The notes under the pieces are model-generated. The model worked only from the letters and a program-made list of their open reading frames with translations. It was not told where the DNA came from and did not search any database. A stretch of DNA of 62,345 nt, taken from positions 1 to 62,345 of the IMG/VR virus record IMGVR_UViG_3300042509_002518; one strand, 5' to 3'. Position 1 is the stretch's first letter. Each line of letters opens with the position of its first letter. Both the position numbers and the translations under genes were made by a program. The stretch comes from a virus. Taxonomy: Duplodnaviria > Caudoviricetes. This document shows positions 37,856 through 48,419 of the stretch, in pieces.

Positions 37856-38101
37856 ATGGCCCCGGAACGTCTGCAGCTGAACAGCTTCGCCCCTGGCATG
37901 CCACCGGATCCGCGGGCAGCATGGACTGGAGCGGTGCCAGAGGCGCCCCTGCCGGTGGTGATCACGGAAGCAGCAGAGGCAGGGCCTGCAGAGCCCGCAG
38001 AGGTGGCTGAGCCTGACATCGAGGTGCACGACGGCATCGCACGGCGGCCGGCTGCTGAAGGCCGCAAGCGGCGACCAGTCAGCAACAACAAGGAAGGCTG
38101 A
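37856..38101 (+). CDS. Hypothetical protein
   Basis: Fills a gap. Confidence 0.45.
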   Translation: MAPERLQLNSFAPGMPPDPRAAWTGAVPEAPLPVVITEAAEAGPAEPAEVAEPDIEVHDGIARRPAAEGRKRRPVSNNKEG

Positions 38102-38137
38102 TGAGGCCGGAAAACTGAGGCCAGCGCAGGGCAGTCG

Positions 38138-38494
38138 GTGATTCCCCAGGACGTTCCATTTGAGATCCAGCAGGGTGCACCGGCCGAGCTGCACCTGCGG
38201 TTGCGGTATGAGGCATCACCGTTCAGCCCGATCCCGCTGACGGGTTACACCGCGAACTGGGAGATCTGGAATCCACGCCGCACCGTGAAGTATGCGGAGG
38301 TGGCGGTGGACTTTCCCGATCGCGCTGATGGCCAGGTGCGTGGCCGGCTGACAGGCGCGCAGACGCTGGCGATCCCGGTGAGGGCTGGCAAATCGGTGCA
38401 TGACCTCCACCTGTTCCCGCCGGTTGGGGATTCGTTCTATGCGGTGAAGGGTGCTGCGGTGGCAGAGCGTCGCGTGAGCCTGGAGGCCCCCTGA
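38138..38494 (+). CDS. Fibre-anchor protein (BppU N-terminal-like)
   Basis: IQQGA...PIPLTGYTA...[12 protein letters not shown] pattern. Confidence 0.6.
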   Translation: MIPQDVPFEIQQGAPAELHLRLRYEASPFSPIPLTGYTANWEIWNPRRTVKYAEVAVDFPDRADGQVRGRLTGAQTLAIPVRAGKSVHDLHLFPPVGDSFYAVKGAAVAERRVSLEAP

Positions 38495-38495
38495 G

Positions 38496-39626
38496 ATGGC
38501 GATCGTTGAGGTGCTGATTCCAGGGCTGCCGGGACCGGCGGGGCCGGCGGGCCCTGCTGGTGTGGGGTCGTACTGGCACCGCGGCACTGGGGCACCGGCC
38601 AGTGGGCTTGGCGCGAACGGCGACTACTACCTGAACACGACCACAGGCGACATCTACGGCCCGAAGACAGCCGGCGCCTGGGGTGGGGTGGTGTTCAACA
38701 TCGCGGAGGGCCAGCAGGGGCCTGCAGGGCCTGCGGGTGCGACGGGTCCGGCTGGCGCCACGGGGCCTGCTGGAGCCCAGGGCCCGGCCGGTCCGCAGGG
38801 GCCTCAGGGTGCAACGGGGCCTGCAGGCGCCACTGGCCCGGCGGGCCCTGCTGGTGCTGAGGGTGATGACGCCTATGAGGTGGCGGTCGCCCAGGGCTTC
38901 GTGGGCACGCGCGCGCAGTGGCTGGCTTCGCTGGTGGGCGCCCAGGGTCCGCAGGGCCCTGCCGGCCCGGCCGGTCCCGCCGGAGCCGATGGCGCCCAGG
39001 GGCCTGCTGGTCCTGCGGGTGCCACAGGTGCGACCGGTCTTCAGGGACCGAAGGGCGACACTGGCGACACCGGCCCGGCAGGCCCCACCGGCGCGACTGG
39101 ACCTCAGGGCCCCCAAGGCATCCAGGGCGACACTGGCCCGGCCGGCCCCACGGGCGCCACAGGCCCGGCCGGCGCCGATGGCGTGGCGGCCGCCTCGAGT
39201 CCGCTCAGCTACAACGCCGGCACCAGGACGATCAGCCTGCCAAGCATCGGCGACGGCCTGGTGCTGAAGATCAGCAACAAAGGCGAGACCGCGACCGCTG
39301 GCACCAACTACGAGGAGATCCCGGTGCCGGTGCCGTCGGGCAACTTCACGCTGACGGCTGTGCGCTTCGGCAGCCACATCGACAACACCGGCAGCAGCAG
39401 CACCACCTTCAACGCCTACAAGCGCACAGCGGCCGGCGTGAAGACGTCGGTGCTGACCGGCAACGCCACGCTGGCCGCCAGCGCCAGCCTGGTTGACGCC
39501 AGCGCCTCGCTGATCGCCAGCCCGACATTCACGGCCGGCGACCGGATCGGCGTCGATCTGGTGGGCGTCGGCACTGGCGCCCAGGGCCTCTTCGCACAGT
39601 TCATCTTCACCCGCTCCCCCGTCTGA
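38496..39626 (+). CDS. Collagen-like fibre protein
   Basis: G-X-Y repeats; [19 protein letters not shown]; [21 protein letters not shown]. Confidence 0.9.
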   Translation: MAIVEVLIPGLPGPAGPAGPAGVGSYWHRGTGAPASGLGANGDYYLNTTTGDIYGPKTAGAWGGVVFNIAEGQQGPAGPAGATGPAGATGPAGAQGPAGPQGPQGATGPAGATGPAGPAGAEGDDAYEVAVAQGFVGTRAQWLASLVGAQGPQGPAGPAGPAGADGAQGPAGPAGATGATGLQGPKGDTGDTGPAGPTGATGPQGPQGIQGDTGPAGPTGATGPAGADGVAAASSPLSYNAGTRTISLPSIGDGLVLKISNKGETATAGTNYEEIPVPVPSGNFTLTAVRFGSHIDNTGSSSTTFNAYKRTAAGVKTSVLTGNATLAASASLVDASASLIASPTFTAGDRIGVDLVGVGTGAQGLFAQFIFTRSPV

Positions 39627-39628
39627 CC

Positions 39629-40237
39629 ATGACCGACACCATCAAGACCAACCCCGACACCGGCGTGCGCTACTACGACGAGGCCGGCCCCCGCGAGGGC
39701 CAGAGCGTCGATCTGTTCGTGCCGGTGCGTGGCGATGTGCCGACCAACCCGAGCGGTGCGCGGTGGCCCAACCTGTTCGGCCTGCCCTACGACGGCACCC
39801 AGATCCGGTTCTACCTGAAGGGCGAACCGCAGGTGCGCGAGTACGACCCGCAGATCTTCTACGAGGTGGCCAGCTGGGGCCCAGTGGACTACCCCAACCC
39901 GAAGGCTGGCGGCCCGGTGGGCACCTGGGAGGAAACGCTGGAGGTGAAGCGCCGCCCCGTGGAAGAGCTGCTGAACCAGGTGGAGGCCGCCCGGCTGCAG
40001 GCCAACGCGCGGCTCTATCCCTCGAACGAGGATCCGATGCTGGCAGTGCTGCTGGCGGAGGCCATCAGGCGCGATCAGGAGGGCACGGCAACGGCCACCA
40101 TGATCGACCTGCTGCAGCGGCATCAGTCGCTGGTCGCAGCTGGCTACACCAACATCGAGCGCGCTGCGGAACTGAAGGCCCAGATCCAGGCGGGCGAACC
40201 GTTCGATCTGTCTGCCGGCTGGGTAAATGAGCTGTGA
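39629..40237 (+). CDS. Fibre-associated hypothetical protein
   Basis: Context. Confidence 0.5.
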   Translation: MTDTIKTNPDTGVRYYDEAGPREGQSVDLFVPVRGDVPTNPSGARWPNLFGLPYDGTQIRFYLKGEPQVREYDPQIFYEVASWGPVDYPNPKAGGPVGTWEETLEVKRRPVEELLNQVEAARLQANARLYPSNEDPMLAVLLAEAIRRDQEGTATATMIDLLQRHQSLVAAGYTNIERAAELKAQIQAGEPFDLSAGWVNEL

Positions 40238-41087
40238 TGAATGGCGACGCGGGCCTTATCAGGGGGGCAATCGGATGTTGATTATTCCGAGGCGGAAGGT
40301 GGGGCAGACGCCATGGACCCCGGCGCAGATCACGACCTCGCTGTGGCTTGATGCCGCCGATGCCGCGACCGTCACGACCGTTAGCGGTGCGGTGTCGCAG
40401 TGGAACGACAAGAGCGGCAACGGACGCAACGCCACGCAAGCCACAGCAACTTCGCGGCCGGCCTATACCACGGCAGGATTAAATGGTCTCAACGTCATCA
40501 CTTTTGACGGTTCTGATGACTTCATGGATGTTGTTACCACGTTGTTTCGTGGCATTGGCAACTTTCAACTTCACTGGGTATTTGCTCGACTTGGTAGCGG
40601 TTCCGAAGATAGTGGTGGCGCTGGATACAGGCCTGACATTTCATCGCTGAGCGTAAGCGGCGTTGATAGCGGCGCATTTCATTACATTAAAAATACCAGC
40701 AATGTAGGCGCGTCTTATCCGTTCTTCAACTCGTCCCCCTCTTGGGCGAATTATGATATTACATCTGGAACAGCCTATGTTAACAACCAAGCGTCATTAC
40801 TTTCCTTCACCGCTGGATCGTCTGCCTGGTCAGTGTTTAGGGACGGAACGCAAGAAGGCGCTGCTAGCAGAGGTGGTGCTGTCAGTAATGACAACAACGG
40901 CATACGCATTGCACAGCAGGCAAGCCCTCCGCGCACATCAAACATTTACATGGCTGAACTGGTGATGACCCTTTCGGACAGCACGGTCACCCGCCAGCAA
41001 ATCGAGGGCTACCTTGCCCACAAGTGGGGCCTGACCGGCAGCCTACCGGCGGGGCACCCGTACAAGACCACGCCGCCTTACGCCTGA
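40227..41087 (+). CDS. LamG/ConA-like receptor-binding protein (start may be 40275)
   Basis: WTPAQI..LWLDAAD...VSQWNDKSGNGRNA; IEGYLAHKWGL...LPAGHPYK; lower-GC centre. Confidence 0.8.
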   Translation: MSCDEWRRGPYQGGNRMLIIPRRKVGQTPWTPAQITTSLWLDAADAATVTTVSGAVSQWNDKSGNGRNATQATATSRPAYTTAGLNGLNVITFDGSDDFMDVVTTLFRGIGNFQLHWVFARLGSGSEDSGGAGYRPDISSLSVSGVDSGAFHYIKNTSNVGASYPFFNSSPSWANYDITSGTAYVNNQASLLSFTAGSSAWSVFRDGTQEGAASRGGAVSNDNNGIRIAQQASPPRTSNIYMAELVMTLSDSTVTRQQIEGYLAHKWGLTGSLPAGHPYKTTPPYA

Positions 41088-41193
41088 TGACCAGCCGCCG
41101 CACCCCGCTCCGTAACGCGATCGTCGCCCGCCTCCAGGCCGCGGTGCCGGCCGGCTGAGCAGCAGGGAAACCTAACCCTGTAGGCCACAGCCC

Positions 41194-41640
41194 ATGGACG
41201 ATTCCGCCTCGGTTTCCAGCACCACACTGGGCATCATCGACCGGCTGGGCAAGCTCGAGGGCCTGCTGGTGGGGCTGCAGGCGAGCATGAGCCACGGCCA
41301 GAGCCAGGTGTCTGGGTTCGTGGCCCGGGTGGAACGGCTGGAGCAGCGGCAGGTGGAGCTGGAGGCCCGGGTGGTGACCCGTGATGACCTGAAGGAGCTG
41401 ACCGCCAAGGTGGATGGGCTCACCACAGCGATCAACAAGGGCCAGGGTGGTGCCGGGATGCTCAGCTACCTGATCACGGCCGGCATCGCTGCGGTAGCGG
41501 CTGCTGCGACCGCCTGGGGCGTGATGACGGCGACAGCACCGGCAGGCGACGCCAGCGGCCTTGTGATGCCCCATTCCCATCCGCATGCACAGCCGGACGG
41601 CAGCCGGCGGGATGGTGCAATGGCCGGCCCTGAAATCTGA
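41194..41640 (+). CDS. Coiled-coil plus TM protein (holin/XhlA-like candidate) 1
   Basis: LGKLEGLL...RLEQR; hydrophobic C-terminal helix; upstream of the endolysin. Confidence 0.55.
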   Translation: MDDSASVSSTTLGIIDRLGKLEGLLVGLQASMSHGQSQVSGFVARVERLEQRQVELEARVVTRDDLKELTAKVDGLTTAINKGQGGAGMLSYLITAGIAAVAAAATAWGVMTATAPAGDASGLVMPHSHPHAQPDGSRRDGAMAGPEI

Positions 41641-41663
41641 AGGAAAACTGGAGCAAGCAGCAG

Positions 41664-42305
41664 ATGGCCCTGTTCGAGCGCCAGGCACCAGGAGCGATCC
41701 ACGCCCGGCGCCTTGCTGCACCATCACCAGATTGCCCGCACCATCGGCAGCACCCGTTCCACCATCGCCAGCGGCCCATGAGCCCAGCAGGCAGCCCAGA
41801 TCCATCCCAAGAGGCCGCCATCCGTGAGCTGATCGGCCACGGCAAGCTGCTTGAAGGCCTGTTGCTCGGTGTTCAGTCGCAGGTGCAGACCAGCCTGACC
41901 CAGCTGGCGGAAACCAACGGCCGGATGGAACGGCTGGAGGATCGCATCGGCCGCCTGGAGCGCGATACCGTCACCGGCGACCAGCTGAAGGCCCTGGCCG
42001 ATACCGTCGGCGCGCTGGCGACTGCCGTGGCGGACAAGCCATCCACGGATCAGCTGCAGACGATCACCACCACCCTCCAGGGGCTGAGCACCACGGTGAG
42101 CAGCCTCAAGACCAGCAACGATCGCCGCCGGGGCGGGATGGGCGCAGCGAATGCGATCAGCAACATGATGATTGCGTTGCTCGCAATGCTCGGCACGGTG
42201 CTGGGTGCAGTGGCTGCAATGAAGACCTGGTTCGAGGATGATCCGCCGCCGGCCATTCAGCAGCAGCAACCGCAGGCACCATTGCCGCCGCCTGCTGAGC
42301 AGTGA
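41664..42305 (+). CDS. Coiled-coil plus TM protein, paralog of the previous gene (start may be 41778)
   Basis: GKLLEGLLLGVQ...RLERDTVTGDQLKAL; TM helix. Confidence 0.55.
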   Translation: MALFERQAPGAIHARRLAAPSPDCPHHRQHPFHHRQRPMSPAGSPDPSQEAAIRELIGHGKLLEGLLLGVQSQVQTSLTQLAETNGRMERLEDRIGRLERDTVTGDQLKALADTVGALATAVADKPSTDQLQTITTTLQGLSTTVSSLKTSNDRRRGGMGAANAISNMMIALLAMLGTVLGAVAAMKTWFEDDPPPAIQQQQPQAPLPPPAEQ

Positions 42306-42308
42306 TCC

Positions 42309-42614
42309 TCAGCTGTCGATGCTTTGCCGGGCCTGTGGCACTGCCTGGTAGCTGTTGATCAGCTCCTGTTGATGCGGCAGCAGCTGATCGGTGGAGGTGC
42401 CGCGGATGCCGAGCATCACCATCGCCCCATCCAGCAGCTCGATCTTCGATGGGGTGAGCTTCCGCGCCCGCTGGCCCACCACACCATGCAGGATCTGCCG
42501 TGCATCGCGCATGGTGCCGCTGGGCAGCAGCTCGAACTCACAGCCCCAGACGCAGTGATCACCGGGCCCCGTGGGAAATGTGTCGCTGCTACCCCAGGCG
42601 ATGCAGGCAAGCAT
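42309..42614 (-). CDS. Hypothetical protein
   Basis: GGAAAACT motif upstream on the minus strand. Confidence 0.55.
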   Translation of the reverse strand: MLACIAWGSSDTFPTGPGDHCVWGCEFELLPSGTMRDARQILHGVVGQRARKLTPSKIELLDGAMVMLGIRGTSTDQLLPHQQELINSYQAVPQARQSIDS

Positions 42615-42694
42615 GGGACACCACAGGATCCTGCTCGCAGTTTTCCACGCAGGGGAGGGAAAGCTACGGCTGAACCCACGCTTTCTACAGGGTC

Positions 42695-42865
42695 ATGCAA
42701 GCAATCACTGAGCACCCGCAGTTCTGGGCTCTGGTGGCCCTGAGCTGGGGCATCGCATCGGACATCCTCGGCTCCAGCCCCAAGGTGCGCGCCAATGGTG
42801 TCACCCAGCTCATCTTCCAGCTGATCAGCCAGGCCATTGCCGGCCAGGCGCACAAGCGCCGCTGA
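42695..42865 (+). CDS. 56-aa putative holin (absent from the ORF track)
   Basis: MQAITEHPQFWALVALSWGIASDILGSSPKVRANGVTQLIFQLISQAIAGQAHKRR: hydrophobic helix, basic tail, directly before the endolysin. Confidence 0.65.
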   Translation: MQAITEHPQFWALVALSWGIASDILGSSPKVRANGVTQLIFQLISQAIAGQAHKRR

Positions 42866-42903
42866 ACCGCAACTGCCAGCAGAGAACAGGGGACGCGCAA
42901 GGG

Positions 42904-44166
42904 ATGGCCAACACGGCAACGATCACGCTTGAGCAGGTGTTCCGGTTCTACCGGGGCCTGCCGCATCAGATGGCCGCCATCGTGATGCTGGAAGACGACA
43001 TCCGCACCAACGGCTATGCCGTGGCGATGCGGCGTGATCGGCCCTGGTTTGCCGTCTGGTCGCAGGATGGCAAGCAGGGTGATGCTGATGGCTGGGTGCC
43101 AGCCGCACAGGCGATCGTGCAGCAGTTCGAGGGCTGCCGCCTCACCGCCTACCCCGATCCCGGCACCGGCGGAGAGCCCTGGACGATCGGCTGGGGCGCC
43201 ACCCGCGTGATGGGCCGGCCGGTGCAGCAGGGGCAGACCATCACCCAGGCGCAGGCCGATGCGGTGCTGGAGCAGGACCTGCGCCGCTTCCGCGATGGCA
43301 TGGTGACCGTTCTGCCGATGGCGCGGGGGTGGAGCAGCAACCGCCAGGCGGCGCTGATCAGCTTCGCGTTCAACATCGGCATCCAGGCGCTGGATGAAAG
43401 CACGCTGCGGAAGCGGCTGCTGGCGGGGGAGGATCCCGATCGGGTGGTGGCGGAAGAGCTGCCGCGGTGGAACAAGGATGAGGAAGGCGGAGAGGTGATG
43501 CCCGGACTGGTGCGCCGGCGTGCGGCGGAGGTGGCGCTGTTCTGCGCAGGGAGCAGCCTGCGGCCCGCTGCTGCGCTGCCCGTCCTGCCGGCCCAGCCGG
43601 CGCAACCTGCCCAGCCGGCCAAGGCACCGGAGCGGCCCAAGGCCGTGCTGCTCGATGTGCCCTACTTCGAGCAGAACGACAACAAGTCAGGCACCGGCTA
43701 CCGCGAGTGCTTCAGCAGCACCTGCGCCATGGTTGCTGCCTTCTGGGGTGAGATCGGCAGCGACGACGAATACAACCTGATCCGCAAGCAGTTCGGTGAC
43801 ACCACCAGCGATCGCGCGCAGATCGAGGCGTTGCGGTCGCTCGGGCTGTTCCCGCGGAAGGTGGCCAATGCAGCGCCTGGGTTCCTGGAGGCCGAGATCC
43901 GTGCGGGCCGGCCGGTGGCCGTGGGCTGGCTGCACCAGGGCCCGATCACTGCACCATCAGGCGGTGGCCACTGGTCGCTGGTGATCGGGTTCGATGCCGA
44001 GCACTGGATCCACCATGACCCCAACGGCGAGGCGGACATGGTGAACGGCGGCTACGTGAACCACAAGGGCGGCCGTGCGGTGCGCTACAGCCGGCGGAAC
44101 TGGGAGCGGCGGTGGATGGTGGATGGCCCCAGCACCGGCTGGGCGCTGCAGGTGCAGAAGGGCTGA
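42904..44166 (+). CDS. Endolysin: GH24 lysozyme plus C39-like peptidase
   Basis: FEGCRLTAYPDPGTGGEPWTIGWG, GLVRRRAAE; VPYFEQ...ECFSSTCAM...GGHW...HDP. Confidence 0.92.
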   Translation: MANTATITLEQVFRFYRGLPHQMAAIVMLEDDIRTNGYAVAMRRDRPWFAVWSQDGKQGDADGWVPAAQAIVQQFEGCRLTAYPDPGTGGEPWTIGWGATRVMGRPVQQGQTITQAQADAVLEQDLRRFRDGMVTVLPMARGWSSNRQAALISFAFNIGIQALDESTLRKRLLAGEDPDRVVAEELPRWNKDEEGGEVMPGLVRRRAAEVALFCAGSSLRPAAALPVLPAQPAQPAQPAKAPERPKAVLLDVPYFEQNDNKSGTGYRECFSSTCAMVAAFWGEIGSDDEYNLIRKQFGDTTSDRAQIEALRSLGLFPRKVANAAPGFLEAEIRAGRPVAVGWLHQGPITAPSGGGHWSLVIGFDAEHWIHHDPNGEADMVNGGYVNHKGGRAVRYSRRNWERRWMVDGPSTGWALQVQKG

Positions 44167-44169
44167 TCG

Positions 44170-44409
44170 TCAGGTGCCGGGTTCGCCGTAGCGGCCGTCT
44201 GGGTCGGGCCCTGGTGCCGGCGGCCGGCGCGGGCTGCTGCTGGGGAGCTCCACACCATGCGCGAGGGCCTTGGCATGCAGCGCCTGGTGCGCAAGGGTGC
44301 CGGAGCGGTCTTCCACGCAGAGATCACCGCAGCACACGCGCCAGGTGGGCTGGCTGTCGATGATCACCATCTCCTGGGTGATGCAGGGCTGCGGGATGGG
44401 ATCGCTCAT
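44170..44409 (-). CDS. Hypothetical protein
   Basis: ATG at 44409; motif at 44437-44444. Confidence 0.5.
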   Translation of the reverse strand: MSDPIPQPCITQEMVIIDSQPTWRVCCGDLCVEDRSGTLAHQALHAKALAHGVELPSSSPRRPPAPGPDPDGRYGEPGT

Positions 44410-47164
44410 GCGGCAGCCTGCGCGGGTGGTGCTGTGAGGTTTCCCGCAGTCGATGCGGTGGGGACGACCTGCCAGATCGAGAGGATGTGCGCGATCGAGG
44501 CGACGGTGCGGATCGGTGCCGCCTCGGCTGCGGGTGCGCCGGGCTTGGGCAGGGTGGCGATCAGCAGATCCAGGGCTGCCAGGTGCCCATCGATCGCCAC
44601 GACCCTGGCGTGGAGCGTGTGGCCGTTGGGGGTGAAGGGGAAGCGCAGGATGGCGCCGGGGGAGAGCAGCGGCGGCCTGAGGCGGGCCGGCAGGGGCGGC
44701 GGGGGTGAAGGTGGCGGCAGCAGAAGGCTGGGATCGGCTGTCATCAGGGCTGGCGCAGCGCGACGGCAGCACTGAGCCAGTCAGCGGAGGAACTGCTGCC
44801 GCCGTAGCGGCGGTGGAGAGCGCCTGCGATGGCCTCAACAGCCAGGCAGGCGGTGTGGGCAGGGTCTGGAGCGCCCTCGGCGCGGAGGATGGCGGTGACG
44901 GCATCCACAGGGTTCTGCGTGCCCTGCTGGTGCTGCGCAACTGGCGGCACATCGAAGAGGTCCATGAGTTCGAGGGTGGCGGTTCGCAATGCGGTGGTCA
45001 CTGGTCTACATGCAGATGTGGATGGTTGACAGTCAGTCTTCGGGCACCTGGAGCAGCTGCTCGCAGGGTGCAGGTTGCGGCTCGATCCAGCTGGTGCGCC
45101 TGGGGTCGGGGTGCTCGGGCGCGAGGCGGCGGAGGCAGGTGCTGCAATCCTCCCGCCAGATCCGTGCGGGGTCGTCGCTCAGCTCACCGGTGCAGCGGCT
45201 CACGTCCCATGGGAGGTGGTGGGTCATGGATCGAGCAACCGCTGGGCGTAGATTTCACCCTCACCCAAAAGCCAGTCAGCGGAATCTGAATGGCTGTACC
45301 GCTGGTGCAGTTCGTGGGCGATGTGTTCCGTGGCCAGCAGTGCCACCTGCTCAGGGTCTGGGATGCGGCGTGCGCGGAGCACCGCCGCGAGGCGGGCAAT
45401 GGGGTTGCGGTCGGCGGTCACGGCTGCCCCTCCAGCCCGGCGGCGATGGCGAGGAGTTCGCGGCGCGTATTGCACCGTTGGCGGTAATAGGCGTAGCAGG
45501 GTTCTTCCGTCCCTAGCCACGTCTCAGCCGGAACCACCGCATCCGCAGCAGCGCGGATGGCGGCGGCTGCGATGGCGCGGCGGGTTGGCTCGTGGTCGTA
45601 GTTGCAGTACAGAGCAGTTAGCACCTTCTGCCTGGCGGTCTTAGCGGGGTCAGTCATCAGTCAACTTCCAGCATGAAACGAACGCTGCGGCCGAAGCCGA
45701 AGGTGCCCCAGCGGCGGGCAATAAAAAGGGGGTCATCAGACAACGGGCGCGGGATGCGATTGGAGTTGAACCACCACAGCGGCCCGATGCGGCCGTGGTC
45801 GGAGGTGATGGTGAAGGCGATCATGGGTACCTCGACAGTTCAGTGGCAACGGCCCGCAGCGTGGCGGGTGTGATGGGCTGGCGTTCCATCTGGCTGGCCA
45901 GTTCCAGCAGGGCAGCGACCACGGGCTCATGGTGCCAAGTGGAGGCCATCGCCGTGCGGATGTCGGCGGCCAGCTGGGCGGGGTGCGTGGGGTCAGCCAT
46001 CGGCGTCTCCCCAGTCAAGAAACACGGCCCAACAGCACTCCTCGGCATCAGCGCTGATCTGGCCGGTGGCGCCACATTCAGGGTCAATGCAACGAACCTT
46101 GTCGCCATCGCAGGCGTAGCCATCTTCTGGATCATCGCTGAACACTTCAAGCGCCATTCCGCACTCAGGGCAATCCTCTGGCCATTCCTTCCATCTGTAT
46201 TCAGCCATCGGCCTGCTCCTGCGGCACCGGCAGCGCCCAGTGGGGGAGCCAGTGAGTTGCTTGCTCGCCCCGCTCAAAGGGCTCAAGACTCCACCATGGA
46301 AAGCAGGCTTCATAAATGCCTGGATACCAGAACCAGCACAACCCATCTGCACCGCAATCCTGAGCCGTGGGCATCCGCTCGGCCACGCTGACCGGCTCCG
46401 GCGCAGGGCGGCCCCAGCGGGCCATGGCGGCCTTGGTCCATTCAACGCACGCCACAAGGGGCACTGCGCCGAAGTATGGAAACCCAAAGCTGTCTTTCCA
46501 CCATTCCCGAAAAGCGGACTCGATCTGCTCATCCGTGGGCTGCCCCGGCTGGGGCTGGGCCTCGGCCAGCAGGGCGCGGGCGCGGGTCATGGCAGCCGCC
46601 TCATAGGGAAGGTCGTAGATGCGTGCGCTGCAGTGGTGCTCAATGATTGCCACCAGCTCAGCCAGCGAACTGCGCAGTCGGTCGCTCATCGCCCCAGCTC
46701 CCGGCGGAGCGCATCGGCAGCGGTGTAAAAGTAGTGCTGACTGGACAGCCAGGCGGCCACGGCGAGGATTAGCCGGCGGGCCGCTGGGGTGCAGTCATCG
46801 CCTGCCCGCGAAGTGCTGGCGAAATCGGCAATCAACGCAGCCACGCCGCTGACAAGCCCCGCCGGGGTGCTCGGGGCGGGCTGCTGCTGCTGCGCATGCT
46901 CCAGCCGCTCCACGCGGGCGCGGAGTTTCGCGAGGTCGTAAAACGCAGACTGGGCAGTGTATTCGTTGCTCATCGTGTCTCCTGTGGGGTGGGTTGGGGG
47001 ATGGCGGGGAGTTGCTCCCATGCCTCTGGCCTTGCTGGCTCGTAATCCCAGATCGTGCCGTCATTGCACAGGGCAACGACTGACCATGAGGATTCGCCGG
47101 AAAGTGCCGTTGAAATCGCTATCGGATACCTACCGATTAGCGGTGATGGGTGCAGTGCGCTCAT
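44406..47164 (-). other. Chain of small leftward hypothetical genes (e.g. 44406-44744, 44744-45001, 45033-45227, 45224-45421, 45418-45657, 45821-46000, 45993-46208, 46201-46689, 46686-46973, 46970-47164)
   Basis: Overlapping start/stop chain; some Cys-rich; 46201-46689 ends in a THWLP DUF551-like motif. Confidence 0.6.
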
Positions 47165-48204
47165 GCCACCTTCCTCCAGTCGATGACAACGGCGTTGTGG
47201 AAGGTTCCGTCGAGCAGCTGCTGCACGACAACGGGCCGGGTCTTGCCCATCAGTGCATCGGCAAGCTGCCTTCCCAGCTCCTCGCGGCGCGACGCTTCAA
47301 CGAGGGCGGCTGTCTCGCTGGCCTCGCGCTCACGCTCGGCGCGGCGCCGCTCCTCTTCCTGGCGCGCCTGCTGCTCAGTCTTGCGCCGCTCCTCGGCCGC
47401 AGTAGCGCGGGCCTCGGCCTCGCGCGTCCTGGCCTCGGCTTCCGCCACGGCTTGGGCAGCGGCCTGCTCGGCCTCGCGTCGCGCCTGCTCAACGGCCTCG
47501 GCCTGGCGCGCTTCTTCCTCAGCCTTCCGGCGGGCCTCTTCCTCCACTGCCTTCCGCTTGGCCTCGGCCGCCTCCAGCGCCTCGCGCTTCTCGCGTTCGA
47601 CGGCAGCGGCGTGGAGGGCCGTCAGCAGCCGGATGCCGTTTGCCTTCTCGGCCTCAGCTGCCACCTCGAACTCATCCATCCCATCAGTGGGAAAGCCTTC
47701 CAGGTAGGCCAGCATCCCAAAGATCGCCTCCGCACCAGCCCCCTCCTCCGATCCCTTCTGGACCGTGCTGGTGATGCACTGCAACGTGGCCTCATGGGCG
47801 GCGATCCGGTCCTTCTCCCGCTGGGCGATGGCGTCCAGTGCCTGCTGATGCGGCTCGATTAAGCCAAGAATCTGCGCCTCCAACTCCTTGGCTTGGCCAT
47901 CGACAGCCCGACCGTATTCCAGCGCATAGGCCTTGGCCTCTTTGCGTGACGCCTCAATCCGAGCACGAATCTTGCGCAGGCCGGCGATGTAGCTGCGGGC
48001 GGCTTTGTCTCCCTTGGAGTCCTCGTAGTTGAATGATTCAACGGCTTGCTGCTTGGCAATCTCGATGTCACTGATCAGGGCTTCGTATTGACTGATCGTG
48101 ATGGCCTTCGGTTCGACGGCCAATGATGAGGTGATGTTCACGGTCGTGTTGTGAATAAACGAAATGGGATAGACCGGGATCGGCTCCCGGCGGGCCGTGA
48201 TCAA
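47161..48204 (-). CDS. Coiled-coil protein
   Basis: LRKIRARIEASRKEAK...GRAVDGQAKEL; EAR-rich. Confidence 0.65.
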   Translation of the reverse strand: MITARREPIPVYPISFIHNTTVNITSSLAVEPKAITISQYEALISDIEIAKQQAVESFNYEDSKGDKAARSYIAGLRKIRARIEASRKEAKAYALEYGRAVDGQAKELEAQILGLIEPHQQALDAIAQREKDRIAAHEATLQCITSTVQKGSEEGAGAEAIFGMLAYLEGFPTDGMDEFEVAAEAEKANGIRLLTALHAAAVEREKREALEAAEAKRKAVEEEARRKAEEEARQAEAVEQARREAEQAAAQAVAEAEARTREAEARATAAEERRKTEQQARQEEERRRAEREREASETAALVEASRREELGRQLADALMGKTRPVVVQQLLDGTFHNAVVIDWRKVA

Positions 48205-48419
48205 TCAGGCCAGCAGCCCGCGGCGCCTGGCTTCCTTCTTCAGCTGCGCGGTGCCCCAGCAGCTGCAGTACCGCAGCAGCTCCTTGTCGCTCAGGGCCGC
48301 CACACGTGCTGCAGCCAGTGCCGCACGCTCTTCCGCAACACGCGATTCAGCACGCACCGCAGACCGTGCTGCGCGGATCGCCATGTAGGCCAGGCACAGG
48401 TCGTGCACCATGTTCCGCA

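Noticed and set aside
38520-39180. Tandem DNA repeats as a separate element
   Set aside because: Explained by collagen G-X-Y coding.
28610-41087. Diversity-generating retroelement acting on fibre genes
   Set aside because: No reverse transcriptase recognised and no adenine-specific TR/VR pair seen.
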